From the human T2T-CHM13v2.0 reference genome, Homo sapiens, in NCBI RefSeq assembly GCF_009914755.1, contig NC_060932.1: 64,000 nt of DNA, one strand, 5' to 3'. Positions 25,321-38,438 of the stretch are shown here, piece by piece; position 1 is the first letter of the stretch, and every line of letters begins with the position of its first letter. A model generated the notes under the pieces. The model was not told the origin of the DNA. It saw only the letters and a program-made list of their open reading frames with translations, and ran no database searches. Position numbers and translations under genes: made by a program.

Positions 25321-25624
25321 TGTACATTTCAACCTTACAGATAATTTCATTAATAATATTCTGAGTTCATTCTCCCCTGCTACCTGAGAAACCAAAAGCT
25401 CCAAAACTTCTAAAGAAGCCTGTCACCAACACCATCACCACTACCATACCCACCCACCTCATACCCAGTGTGAGACTGCCCTGGCTCTCCAGAGTGAAGC
25501 TGGGATCACTGCTGCTCACACACCTTTGACCTTACCAGCCCCGGGTTTCATTCGCTGCCTTGAGGGTCCATCCTGTGCCCACACGGTCTTGGGTACCTTG
25601 TGCACTGGACACAGATGTTTTACG

Positions 25625-25810
25625 CCCAGACTCTGGAATCACTGCCAAGTTCAAATCCCAGCTATTCCAGGGACCAGGCCAGTCTGCTTGGCTTCTCTGT
25701 GCCTCGATTTCCTCCTCAGTATAAGACAGGTGATAAGGTAACTGCTCACAGAGTTATTTAACACGTTTTAAAACTGAGAATGGTGTTTGACACATAGGAA
25801 GCATTTATTT
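25625..25810 (+). mobile_element. MIR SINE
   Basis: AGACTCTGGAATC..GTTCAAATCCCAGCT..CTCTGTGCCTCGATTTCCTC..GACACATAGGAAGCA. Confidence 0.7.
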
Positions 25811-26241
25811 GTCAGCAAGCTTTTCACCCGTGCTGCAATCCTGAGGAGGACTCTGCAATGCCTCCAATTGGCAGATGGGGAAACTGAGGCTCAGATTCCA
25901 GCTACAATGTCCACGTGTATACTCTCCCACTTACAAGACTATGTGTCCTGATTTGGGGGTTAGGACGTAGACTCGGTCTACAGAGATATCATGGCTTTTT
26001 CATTTTATCAGGAAATTGAAGCCACCTGGGCACAGACTGCCACTCATTTTCTGGCAGGTGACCCAGGTACCAACGTGCTGCTGTCCCCTCTCCCCACCCA
26101 GCCTGGTCTTAGCCCCCTTGCCTGTCTTTAGTCTCCATTTGTCAGGAAGCCATTAGAAAACAATTATCTAAAATTTTGTTTGACTGCAGTTCCAAAGTTC
26201 TGTTCTGGCCTAAGCTTGGGTTTTTAATCGGAAACTCAGTT

Positions 26242-26276
26242 TTTTGTTTGTTTGTTTGTTTGTTTGTTTGTTTTTT
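26242..26276 (+). repeat. (TTTG)n tetranucleotide
   Basis: Directly visible. Confidence 0.9.
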
Positions 26277-26457
26277 AAAAAAAGAATAGAAGCACTTAAG
26301 CCAGAGAAAGTAGCTATATTGTTGGAGAGCAGAGTGGTTGTTCTTATTAAATTTAATGTAAAACAAAGGCATTATATTGTAATGATATTAACTCTAATTA
26401 GAAGCCAGCAGCTCAAAACGTATAAAGCAAAAAGGCGGCCAGCTGTATTCTTCTAAG

Positions 26458-26905
<448 letters not shown>

Positions 26906-28343
26906 ATTCTACAGGGAAAGGAAACTAACATTTTTTAAAGTCCTTCTACGTCCTAGGCATTATACTCTGCTTTCAAATATAGTATATTATTAACAATAAG
27001 CATAAAAAGTCTATTAGGATTTGGGTACAAGTATGTAATCCCAAGAGTTTTCCCATTCTCTGTGACATTGGGTTGTTTATTAAATATTTAATTTTTTCTT
27101 CGGCCTATTCAGGAGTCCTAGAGAGGAAGGAAGGGGTCAAAACCAGCACAGCCTAAAACTTCTAAAAAGCTCAGGAAGCTAACGAGGGCCATTCCTTTGC
27201 ACCGAACAGCATTAGCTTGGAGAAACCCAGCCAGCAGCCAAGGGAAGGGATCTGCTGCCAAAATACACGACAGCCCCAGGCGATACGCAGCCCTCGGAGG
27301 GATTTTTCACCTAGGAAGGATTTACAGGAAATTTAACAGGAACATTTTAATCAAGAAATGAGGTCAGGACAGATAAGACTAGGATAACATTAAACTGTGA
27401 ATGGCAATCGTTCATGACTGGTGAGAATGATACCTGCTAACACCTTAGACTTTTCTCTTTAGGTCCAGTTAAAAGTAGTATTCTGCAATAAAACGCTAGC
27501 TGTGTAAGTATGCGGTTTTAAAAAGAAAGACAGATTAACAGGAGAACAGAAAAGAAAAACTTAAGAGAAGGACCTAAAGAATCAAGTACAAGATAAGACA
27601 GGCTAAGAGAATTTCTTCTTACATTTCCAGGGGTGGGCCCAACATTATTACTGTCCCTTGTGGACTCAGAATATGGAGACAGAAAGGCTGGTTCTAGATG
27701 ACACGTAGCATGTTCAGCTGTGGGCCAGCAACAGCCGACAATGCCGACTGGGGCAAAGGGCGGAGGGGCCACACTGGTCTGTGCCCTCGTCTGCCACACC
27801 AGCATGCGGTGTCCATCTGGGTAGGGCCTGTGGCCCCCTTGGAGGGTCTTACCCCAGCCATCCTCCCCTTTGATGACGCCTCTGGCTGCCATGTTATCCT
27901 TCCTTCACTCTTATCGATAAATAGACGGTCCTTTGATCTCGGCTGTCATTATCGTGCAGTAGAATTCTGTTTCCACCCAATGCCATACTGATTTCACATT
28001 TCATCTTGCATCTTCCAGACATGTGCTGGCTTTATCTGACTTTCCAGCGTGGGGCAGAAACAGGAATTTTTCTCTACGAAGGCACAAGGTGTGATGCCCT
28101 CCCAAGGTGAAGGGCAGAATGACTAGCTGATGTCAGTGAGGAACGGCCTCCGGGCAGATGAAACGGGCCAAGCAGCGGCAGCTGATTAACAGTGGGTGCG
28201 CCAGTCCACACACTGGCCTCATTTCCTTCTCATAGCAGCCCATAAGGTGGGTGCCGTTTAGAAAGAGAAGACAATGGAAGGTGACCGGCCACCATGACAT
28301 GTCTACCCTACATTCTCAGCACACCTGCTTCAAATCCTACAGC

Positions 28344-28701
28344 GTGGTCTGAGTCGGCGGGGGCTGCTATAACGAACTGCCACAGACTGGGTGGCTTATG
28401 AACACCACAAGTGTATTTCTCATGGTTCTGAGGCTGGAAGTCCAAGATCAAGGTGCCAGCATGGTCAGGCTCTGGTACAAGCCCGCTTCTGGACTACAGT
28501 TGGTCAACCTCCCATTGTGTCCTCCCATGGTGCAAAGAGGTCCCTTTCAGGCAGGCACTAAGGCTCTTGGTCCCATTCATGAGGGTCGCACTCTCGTAAC
28601 AAATCACCTCCCAGAGCCCCCTCCCCAAATACTAACTTACGAATTTGTGGGCTAGGATTTCAACCTAGGAATTTGGAGAGGTGCAAACTTTAAGACCACA
28701 G
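28344..28701 (-). mobile_element. MLT1A-like MaLR solo LTR
   Basis: GGGCTGCTATAAC..CACAGACTGGGTGGCTTA..GAGGCTGGAAGTCCAAGATCAAGGTGCCAGCATGGTC..CCCATTCATGAGGG..AATCACCTCCCA. Confidence 0.85.
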
Positions 28702-28852
28702 GAGGCCCCATGATATTCCGTGAACCCACCTTTACACACGACTGTCGTGGCTGAGGCGGGGAGGGCTCCAATGAGTTCTCCCACCTATGACCTGTGTGGC
28801 CTTGGGCAAGCCACTGTGACCCTTGGTTTCCCCATCTACAAATGGTAATGGT

Positions 28853-29012
28853 TTCAGTGCCTACCTCTTAGGGAATCATAAGCACTAAATGAGATGGTAT
28901 AGTAAGGCACAGAGCTACAGATTTCCCCTTCAGTGCCTACCTCTTAAGAAATCGTGGGCACTAAATGAGATGGTATAGTAAAATAGTAAGGCACAGAGCT
29001 ACGGGTTTCCCC
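28853..29012 (+). repeat. Tandem duplication (76 bp + 84 bp units) within a MIR relic
   Basis: TTCAGTGCCTACCTCTTA..GCACTAAATGAGATGGTATAGTAA..GGCACAGAGCTAC..TTTCCCC occurs at 28853-28928 and 28929-29012. Confidence 0.9.
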
Positions 29013-29209
29013 TGTGCCACAGTTTGACAGGCCCCCTGGACCCCCATGGTAGCCCCCACTGACGGCCGCCAGTCCTCCTCCCGTCACCTGCCCCACTCAA
29101 CAGGGGGTGCCCATCAGTGCCATCAGAACAGGCACCCCCAGAAATCAAAGGCTTTGAATTAAAGGAGAAGCACAGTTGGCACTCAATGTAGGTTAAACAC
29201 CCTTCGTGG

Positions 29210-29377
29210 TAGCAGTCAGGTTCTGGTGAGAACATTTTTCTGGGCTACAGATGGCCAGACTCCCATTTCGTCCTCCCATGGTGCAAGGAGAGAAAGAGAC
29301 ATCTCTGGAGTCCCTTTTATAAGGCCACCAATCCCATTCATGAAGGGTCTGACCACTCACCAGACTCCCAAAGCCTT
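29210..29377 (-). mobile_element. MLT1A-like internal fragment
   Basis: GTCAGGTTCTGGTGAG..GTCCTCCCATGG..TCTCTGGAGTCCCTTTTATAAGGCCACCAATCCCATTCATGA. Confidence 0.75.
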
Positions 29378-29609
29378 GATTCTGCAAGTACCCTGTCCAA
29401 AATAAAAATAAATAAGAGCCTTGGCTCAGAGTGGCAGGAGTTACTCCAGCACTGTTCCACCGCAGACCACTCCCCTGTCTCAGGCCCAACTCCGTCACTT
29501 TGTTTATTCTCTCTAATCACCTCCCATCGGAATTCCTACGGCCCTGCTTCAAAGTGTCACGGGCTGTGTCTCACAGAATCTAGGACATGAGGGAAGCGAG
29601 GGGCGGCGT

Positions 29610-29830
29610 CCTGTGGGCACCTGCTGCGAGCTGGGATCCGCACAGGACCATGCAGTGCGCTCTTGTATTCAGACCTCCGGACCACCCTGTAACAAGTGGG
29701 CAAAACAAGTGGTGTATTCCCATTTTAAAGACAAAGTGTCAGAGGCGGGGAGAGATGGGGTGACTTGCCCAGGGCCCATGGTTATCAGGGGCAGGGCGGG
29801 ATTCACGAAGGTCCCACTCCAAAGCTGAAG
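29610..29830 (-). mobile_element. MIR SINE
   Basis: TTCCCATTTTAAAGACAAAG..GTGACTTGCCCAGGG..GGGATTCAC. Confidence 0.55.
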
Positions 29831-30299
29831 TGGCCTTGGAGAGCCACAGTCCTGTTCCATCGCTGCCCAGATGCAGACACCCCGAGACCCAAGGAAGGTC
29901 AGCCTGGCTTCAGCTCTGACCCCAGATGCAGAACCCGGGTCTCCTGCATTCTCTCCAGCTCACCACGTTCTCACTTCATCCGCCTCTTCTTACCAAAAAG
30001 GACTTTCAGTATCACCATTTGTTGAGATTGTATAAAAGGAGGCAAAGGAGGCTCTCCTAAGAGACCAAAGCATTTCCCAAAATTGTTTTCTAGAAGAACA
30101 ACTTAATTTTTTCCTTCTTCTTCACACCAACCAGTTCAAGCTGCATAAAACCTGCCCTACTTAGCGCTTCTATGGAAGGTTGGGCCTTTGCACAGGGTAA
30201 ATCAAATTCAGCAGTGCTTGGGGACTCATCACCCAAGTACCTAATGAAGATAATCCATCAGCACTGCAGCAACTTTATTGTGCCATTCCTGCCCAAGGA

Positions 30300-30750
30300 A
30301 ACAGCAAAAACAGCCAGGGGGTTGGGGGATAGCCACCAGGAATTAAATGGGGAAACAGATGATATTTAATTATATAAATATTCTCAGCAATGCTCTGAGG
30401 AATGGAATTATTGGCTTGCTGGGCAGCCCCTCATTGAACCAGGCGGCAAAGGAGATTTATACCACAGAGCTGATGTTTTCATTAGAATTCACACAGACCG
30501 TATTTAGAAAGTGGATATCTGGAAGCTTGATAATATTGTGTGTTCATAATCTGACACTGTAATATAGTGGCTTTAAAAAGAGGAGGGGAGGCTCTCGCCT
30601 TATTCATTTGATATTTACATTTTATTAGTGTTATTATTTGGCATAATTACAAAGAATTAGCAATGTTAATTAATGCTGCACTAATGCAGTCATAATTACT
30701 TGCATTTATTCTAGAACATAAGTAAATTTATAAATTTATTTATTTGGAAC
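30300..30750. promoter_or_regulatory. Candidate conserved non-coding element / homeodomain-rich enhancer
   Basis: Repeat-free and AT-rich. CATAATTAC x2 (30642, 30691), TTAATTAA (30666-30673) and many TAAT cores. Conservation is inferred, not measured. Confidence 0.45.
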
Positions 30751-30793
30751 TCAAGTCACTTCTTGGATTCATGTTTTTTAAAAATGAAATCTC

Positions 30794-31017
30794 GGCCGGG
30801 TACGATGGCTCATGCCTGTAATCCCAGCACTTTGGGAGGCCAAGGGGTGTGGATCACGAGGTCAGGAGTTCAAGATCTGCCTGGCCAAGATGGTGAAATC
30901 CTGTCTCTACTAAAAATACAAAAATTAGCCAGGTGTGGTAGCAGTCACCTGTAATCCCAGCTACTCGGGAGGCTGACGCAGAATTGCTTGAACCTGGGTG
31001 GCAGAGGTTGCAGTGAG
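30794..31017 (+). mobile_element. AluS (Sg-like), 3'-truncated
   Basis: Alu consensus from GGCCGGG to GTTGCAGTGAG, then stops abruptly with no A tail. Confidence 0.95.
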
Positions 31018-31058
31018 AATAGGATCCTCCTGCTAAATTCATGAAACGGAAAAAATAA

Positions 31059-31404
<346 letters not shown>

Positions 31405-32159
31405 CCATCCTATCTATATTTCTAATCACCTGTTGGGGCTGTATGATTATCATTTTTAACCCACTTCCACTGTAATGAAGCTGAATTAAGTGGCCCGAGG
31501 GAAATTTCAAATGGACTTCTTTGCACATCTTCAACTGACAAAGTGTAAAAAATGAAAAGAAGAAAAGCACTTGATCTCAACACCCTGCTAAGAATTATAT
31601 AGACCACTTTTCTAAAGGGTTTTTTAAAGATTTCATGTTATAAAAGTATCTTCCTGGGGAAAACCAAAGGAAACTTTATAAGTCGTTTCTTCCTAACTTA
31701 ACAGACAAAATTCCAGTAAGAATTAATAATCCAAAATTAGGCATGTATCTCAAAAACATAAAAACCTGTAGGAACCACTTAAATGGGTTAGATATTTAGA
31801 GATTGTTTTCTATCACTGTACCTCTTCATGACATATGGTCCACCCACCATTTAAATCTAAACAGCATGTTAAGATTGTTGCTGGAAATGAAGACTTAAGA
31901 GATAATGCCAATCAAATTCTGCCTTACAAGAGGCAACCCCCTCCCCTCTCCCCACTGCAATACACAAAATTTACTTTACTAGAAAGCCTTGTAAAGTGCT
32001 TTGACAGAGATGTTATCCTGCAACAAATTTCAATAAAGTGAAGGAAATGTTGTTCTTTAACTGTATTCCATATTGAGTAAAAAACTGTACTTCCATGCAT
32101 TTTTCTAAAAGGGCAAAAGCATCACAAAGCTCCAGAAGTAAGAGGTAAGCTCAAATATC

Positions 32160-32653
32160 CTAGTTTCCTCTCACTCTCCAACCTCAGCCATTCCCAGTTC
32201 TGGAGATACTGCTGATATATATTAACAATTCCCAAATGTCTGCCTCCAGCCCAGAGACCACTCCTGATCTCCTCTCTTGATAGTAAATGCAAACTCAACC
32301 CCTCCAGATCTGCACACACCACTCTCCACTACCCACCCTGCTCTGTCCCCTCTGTCAATGGATGGCCTCACGCAGGTGCCCAGGCAGGAAATGCAGTTTC
32401 AGCGCTCCCCAATCCTCACATCTGACCAATCACAAATTCTTACGGACAGTATTTCTAGATTCCCCTGTAATCCACTCACTTCTCACCATTCTTACTGCCA
32501 CTACCTTGGCCTGTCTGCTGCCATCCATCATCTGGTATCTGGTAATCTGCCTGCACCTCTCTCATCCATCCTCTTTGATACGGTGACAGTGATCTTCCTA
32601 AAATCTAAATGAGATCATGCCATTTCATCCCTAAAACCCTCCAATGGCTATTG
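32160..32653 (+). mobile_element. L2 fragment (resumes at about 34020-34190)
   Basis: CCCAAATGTCTGCCTCCAGCCCAGA..GTGATCTTCCTAAAATCTAAATGAGATCATGCCA..AAAACCCTCCAATGGCT. Confidence 0.7.
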
Positions 32654-33776
32654 GTGAAATACAAATCAAAATTACAATGAGATAACATTTCACACGCAGT
32701 AGAGTGGCTATAATCAAAAACACAGACAACAGCAAGCGTTGGAGAGGATGTGGATAAACTGGAATCCTCTGCAGGTGGGACTGAAAAATAGCACACCTAC
32801 TTTAGAAAACAGTGTGGAAGTTCCTCAAAATGTTAAATGCAGAGTCACCATATGACCCAGCAATTCCATTCCTAGATACATATCTAAGACAAAGGAAAAC
32901 GTGTCTACACAAAAAAAACTGTACACAAATATTCACAGCATCATTATTCACAATAGACAAAAAGTAGAAACAACCCAAATGTCTGTCAACTGATGAATAC
33001 ATAAAATGTGGTGTCTCCATACAATTATGGATACATCCATGCAATGGAAGATGACCAGCAATCAAAGGGACTGAAGCACTGATGCATGCTACAACACAGA
33101 TGAATCCTGAAAACTTATGCTAGTGAAAGAAGCCAATAGGCCACATATTATCTGATTCCACCTATGTAAAGTATCCAAAATTGACAAATCTATAGACACA
33201 GAAAGTAGATTATTGTGCCGATAGCTGGGGGAGTGTTGGGAAGAAGTGAGGAATGTCTGCTGACAGCTATGGGGCCTCTTTTTGAGGTAATGCAAACGTT
33301 TTAAAATTGACTGTGGTGATGGTTGCACAACTGTCTGACTGCAGTTCATACCCATTTGCTACGGTCTGAATGTTTACGTCCTCTTGAAGTCCAGATGTTG
33401 ACATCTTTCCTCACAATGTGACAGTATTAGGAGGTGGAGCCTTGGGGGTTATTAGTCAGTCATGAGGATGGGGCCCTAATGGATGGGATTAGTGCCCTTA
33501 TAAAAGAGGCCCTTCCAGCATGTGAGGACACCGTAAGAAGGTGCCATCTATGAAGCAGGAAGTGTGCCCTCATCAGACACCAAATCTGCTGGCTCCTTGA
33601 TCTTGGACTTTCCACCTCCAGAACTGTGAGAAATTTATCTCTGTTGCATATAAGCCACCCAGTATATGGTATTCTGTTATAGTAGCCCAATGGAATAAGA
33701 CACCATTGAACTGTACACATTAAATAGATGAATTGTACGGTATGTGAGTTATATGTCAATACAGCTGTTATTAAAA
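32654..33776 (+). mobile_element. L1MB (7/8-like) 3' end, interrupted by MLT1A0
   Basis: AAATACAAATCAAAATTACAATGAGATA..CCATATGACCCAGCAATTCCATTCCTAG..GTGGTGATGGTTGCACAACT..CCATTGAACTGTACAC..TATGTGAGTTATATGTCAAT. Confidence 0.9.
33357..33702 (+). mobile_element. MLT1A0-like solo LTR, complete
   Basis: TG...CA termini (TGCTACGGTCTGAATG..AATAAGACA). Perfect 5-bp TSD CCATT at 33352-33356 and 33703-33707. Confidence 0.92.
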
Positions 33777-34469
33777 GATAGAGGGATGGAGAGAGGGAAG
33801 GGAAGAGAGAGACAGGGAGATGGGGAGAGAGAGAAAGAAGAAGAGGGCGGGCAGAGAGAGGGGGAGAGAGGCCTATCAGCAATTGCAATGTGTGAACCTT
33901 CTTTAGGTCCTGATTTGAACAAAGTATAAATGAGGGAAATTTGACTCTGACTCTCATATTTGATATTAAAGAACTATTATTATTATTATTTTAGAGTGTA
34001 AAAAACCTATGAGAACTTTCATTGCCCCTTACAAAGTTGGAAGCCCTAACATTGCCTACAGACCCCTAATAACCCAGCCCCTACTCCAGCCACCTCCCAC
34101 TATCCCAAGCCCTCCTCATGCACCTCCACCCCCAGAACTTGCTTCTGCCACAGTAATCTTTTTAAAAATTCTTTGAAAATGTCATGCTATTTTAGTTTCC
34201 CAAATTAACTGAGATATCAACCAGACCAACCAATGATTATATTTGATAAGACTAAGGCCCTCAAATCACACCATCAGACAGTGAGAGAACTGGAAGCAGA
34301 AGCCAGGGTTCCTGAATCTCAGTACAAGTCCATTGCTAGTGTCTTCTTTTCACACTTAAACTCAAATACCATACATCAAGGGAGTGTTAACGAGATCTTT
34401 ACTACCATGAATTTCCTTTAAAAATGTAATCCCATTAGAAACTATGTAAAATGGTTTATTTCCAGGCAT

Positions 34470-34695
34470 ACAGGTAGCATGATACTGGAGGATGAACATA
34501 TAGGTAAATTAGAGTCAGAAAGAACTGGGTTTAAATTTCAAATCTACGATGTATTCACCACGCGGCCTTGCAAAAGCCACTTGTCATCCTGAGCCTGTCT
34601 CCTCCTGGTAATGTGGGGATGATGAAGAATGGAGAAGACTTAAATAAAAGCACAGCACAGTGCCAAGCACACAGTAGGTCTTCATAAATGACAGG
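34470..34695 (+). mobile_element. MIR SINE
   Basis: GAGTCAGAAAGAACTGGGTTTAAAT..GGCCTTGCAAAAGCCACTT..AGCACAGTGCCAAGCACACAGTAGG. Confidence 0.65.
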
Positions 34696-35049
34696 TATTG
34701 TTATGCGCTCCCATGTTACTTTACTTACCATGGAAAGTCTATTTTGATTATAGACTTGACTAAGTAAAGAATCCAATTTCTAAAGAATGAAGCTAAAAAA
34801 AAAAAAAAAAAGGAATGAAGCTTATCGATACAGAACCAGAAGGCAATAAGTACAACTGCATGACTGGAAAATTCTATTCCATCACCACTGGTCAAAAGAA
34901 GTGAATCAGCATTCACATTTCTCTGGTAGGGGCAGTGGAGGAAGAATATGCTCATCTTGCAGAAACTATTTCCCACATGCCATCCTAGCACCATGTCTCT
35001 ATGTGTCCATATGAAAAGAAGAGATTAATTTCTATGCCACTTAGTTTTA

Positions 35050-36480
35050 CTTATTGTTTATTTTCAAAAATATCAAACCTACAGAAACAAACGATATAGC
35101 ATTGAATACTGATAACTCTCCACCTACATTCACCAAGAATTAATATCTTCTCAAATCCCCTCTCTCTCATACACACACGTACACACACATGCTTTCCTTT
35201 TACCAAACTATCCAAAACTGGACTTAAGACCTTGTGAAATTTCACCCTAAGTAATCCAAAAGGCATCTCTCAAGAATAAACACCTTCTCCTATCCAGTCA
35301 CACCTTTAAAAAAGGAAAGGGTGATTCAATACCATCATCCAACATACAGTCCACACTCACATTTCCCCGATTGTCTCAAAAATGTCCTTTATAGCCATTT
35401 TGTTTGTTTCGATATGGAATCCGACCAAGTTTCATTCACTGCAATTGGCTGTTATTTCTGCTTGGTCTCCCTAATCTGAAACAGTTCCTGCACTTAGCTC
35501 TGTACTTCATGACATTCTCCTTGGCAGCATCGAAGCCACTCTTCCCAGGGGCTTCAGGTATCCTCCTACCGCATCACATCAGGACTCCCACCATTAGTGA
35601 CGCCAAACCTGACCACTTCATTAAGGTCACGGCCAATCTCTACATTGCAAAAGCACAGAGAATACTGTGCTAACATCAACAGCCTCTCATCCAATAGTTT
35701 TCACATCCATCCTGAATCAGTTGATTACATTAAGGTTATAACATGAGGAGTTTCTAATTCTCTAACTCCTTCTATATTTGTTATCTGGCATGTTCCTATA
35801 AAGCAGAGCTTTCCCCTCCCTGCTCCAGCCCAACTCTCATCACTGTGGACTCATATGGGTTTTTTTAATGTACTTATAATCCATGATCATTAATATTCTT
35901 TATTGATGTTCCAACCATCCCAAGTTTGACCAGTGAGAGACCATGTCAGCCAATGTCCTGGCAAGCCCTCAGCTCTCCTTCCATACTTCCTTGCTTTTGG
36001 TGCAATAAAGGATCTCAGGCTCGCCATTTCTCTCATGGTTTCTTCTAGTGGAAAGAGAAATTCAGAAACGAAGATCTGGGCATGAGAGATGCTCATAATG
36101 GCTGGGATGGCACAGCTTCTACGCTCTTCAGCTGATACAACTAGAAAAGTGAGAGAGAGAGAATGTGTGCGTATTGGGATGGCACAGCTTCTAGGCTCTT
36201 CAGTTGATACAACCACAACAGTGAGAGAGAGAGCGTGGGTGTATTTTAACATGACTTCATACTGATACTTTCAACTCAAATCCAGTACCTCACATTCCTC
36301 ATATTTATGTCTCCTTCCACAGTGAAAATGTTGGTGTCCAACACATCAATTCACTTAGTTGCTCATTTACTCTCTCCTAAATAAACACAAAATAGTTTCA
36401 GAATGTCATCAATATCCCTACCGACATAAGCCTACTTAAAAAAGTTCAGTATTTCTTTATCCTTATTGTCGTCATTAGAC
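35050..36480 (-). mobile_element. L1MC4/5-like 3' UTR, antisense
   Basis: TCAAACCTACAGAAA..CATACAGTCCACACTCACATTTCCCCGATTGTCTCAAAAATGTC..TTATTGATGTTCCAACCATCCCAAGTTTGACCAGTGAGAG..AGAAACGAAGATCTGGGC. Confidence 0.7.
36103..36244 (+). repeat. 72-bp tandem duplication
   Basis: TGGGATGGCACAGCTTCTA.GCTCTTCAG.TGATACAAC..GTGAGAGAGAGAG..GTATT starts at 36103 and again at 36175. Confidence 0.9.
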
Positions 36481-36944
36481 TATATGTGGTGTGAGTATAA
36501 CTTTTTAAATCTAGGACTCTGGCAAGCTTACAATAAAAAATTTTTAATGATTCTGTTAATCATAAAATAAGCTTGTTCTCTTAAAATGCGAATGCAAGGT
36601 AAAACCTATATATATATAAAATATATACACATTATCAAACTATTAAAAATTAGCTTTCCCATTAAATTTTACTGTACCTGTGGTATTTAAAAAGGTAATG
36701 TTAAGCTTCTGTAAATCAATATTAAAGAACATTTAAAAACTACACTTCCTTTTTCCATTAAAACAATAGATCACTATTTCCAAGAAAAAAAAATTAAAAT
36801 CTTTTTCAATATACATGTGATTTTCTTTAAATGATCTTCATACAATTGATATATTTTATCTATACTTCAACATTATTTCACAAGAAAAAAGTAGAATTGT
36901 TTCATTTAAAATGGAAATTTATTCTTCCTATAAAACACAAACCT

Positions 36945-37257
36945 GGCTGGACGCGGTGGCTCATGCCTGTAATCCCAGCACTTTGGGAGGCCGAGGTGGG
37001 TGGATCACGAGGTCAGGTGATCAAGACCATCCTGACTAACACGGTGAAATCCTGTCTCTACTAAAAATACAAAAAATTAGTTGGGCGTGGTGGCGGGTGC
37101 CTGTAGTACCAGCTACTCAGGAGGCTGAGGCAGGAGAATGGCATGAACCTGGAAGGCAGAGCTTGCAGTGAGCCGAGATTGTGCCACTGCACTCCAGCCT
37201 GGGCGACAGAGCAAGACTCAGTCTCAAAAAAAAGAAAGAAAGAAAAGAAAAAAAAAA
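36945..37257 (+). mobile_element. AluY-like
   Basis: Diagnostic GACCATCCTG.CTAACACGGTG, GAGAATGGCATGAACC and GAGCTTGCAG. A/GAAA tail. Confidence 0.95.
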
Positions 37258-38438
37258 CCACAAATGTGTCCTTCAGCCTTCCATCGTATTGAAGCAGTGA
37301 AGCCGATTTGGGTGCTACCTTATTGGGTAGCACCCCTGCCCTGCCGTAACCTTGGTAAGAACTGTAAGTATTTTTGATGGCTACTCTTCCGCAAGGTTTT
37401 CAAGCACGCGTGTCCACCACACAGATTCAGTGACTGCGTTTGACAAATTCCCATCCCTCAACAAGATCAGGCCTTTGCCACCCTTGCATTCTACTTTCAA
37501 CAAATATACAATCTATATTATGGGTTAAGGATACCAGACTATTATTTCCTCTTCTCCACTGCTATCTATGATGGTACAGATTCCTGAAGCCAAGACCACA
37601 TTGGTTTTGATTTAAACTTTGACCACAAGGCATTGAATATCCACATGAAAATTGTCAAATTTTGTCAAATACACCATTATGTTTATTTCTATATAATGTT
37701 AAACATTTGGATAATTTTTATTTAGTGATATCAGAGAGAGAGGCATCCTAAAGCCTGGATCCGAAATAAAAGGATTGAAATTAAGAATATGAGATTTGAA
37801 AACCAACTGCATGTTCTAGCTCTAGAATTTTTTTCTGAAGCTGTTGCACGGCTTCCTCCTCGAACATATTTCTTAACGTGATAGCGAACACTTTGTTATG
37901 AAGGGGGCAACATGGAAGAGCAGCCAGCGTACTTCATGGGTTTCTCAGACGGTGGGCGACACCCTCACCTGTGCTACCACTGCTGTCGCTTTGGGAAATG
38001 ACCAATGTCAATATCCCTAACTGCCACCAAAAAAAGATCAGTGTATCTCTACCTCACCCAGTGACCTTATGCCACTGTCGGTCTTAAAATGGCAAAAAAA
38101 AAGGAAGGTAGAAAGCTGTCCTGAAGAAAGACGCTGGTGTGAGCATTCTCCTCCGAGGATAAAGACAACCAAATGTGAGGGAGTAAAAATAGGTCGGGTG
38201 GACCAGCAGGGAAAAGGAAGAAAGTATACAGCAGGCACGTGAGAGGGAGACAGGATGAGCCATCAGGAGGGAAAGGAAGGTGGAAGGCAAGGGGGAAAGA
38301 ACAATTAACTGGAAGAAAGACAGGTTCCTTATTTCCCCACCTCATGCCTCATCCACATGCTCCCCCCAGACAACGGTCCAGCCAGGCCAACTTCTCAGCC
38401 ATCTGCTGTCTATCCTTAATAAGCTTCACTCATTCCAC

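Noticed and set aside
24841-25344. Cys/Val-rich and His/Thr-rich ORFs
   Set aside because: Produced by the (CA)/(TG) microsatellite.
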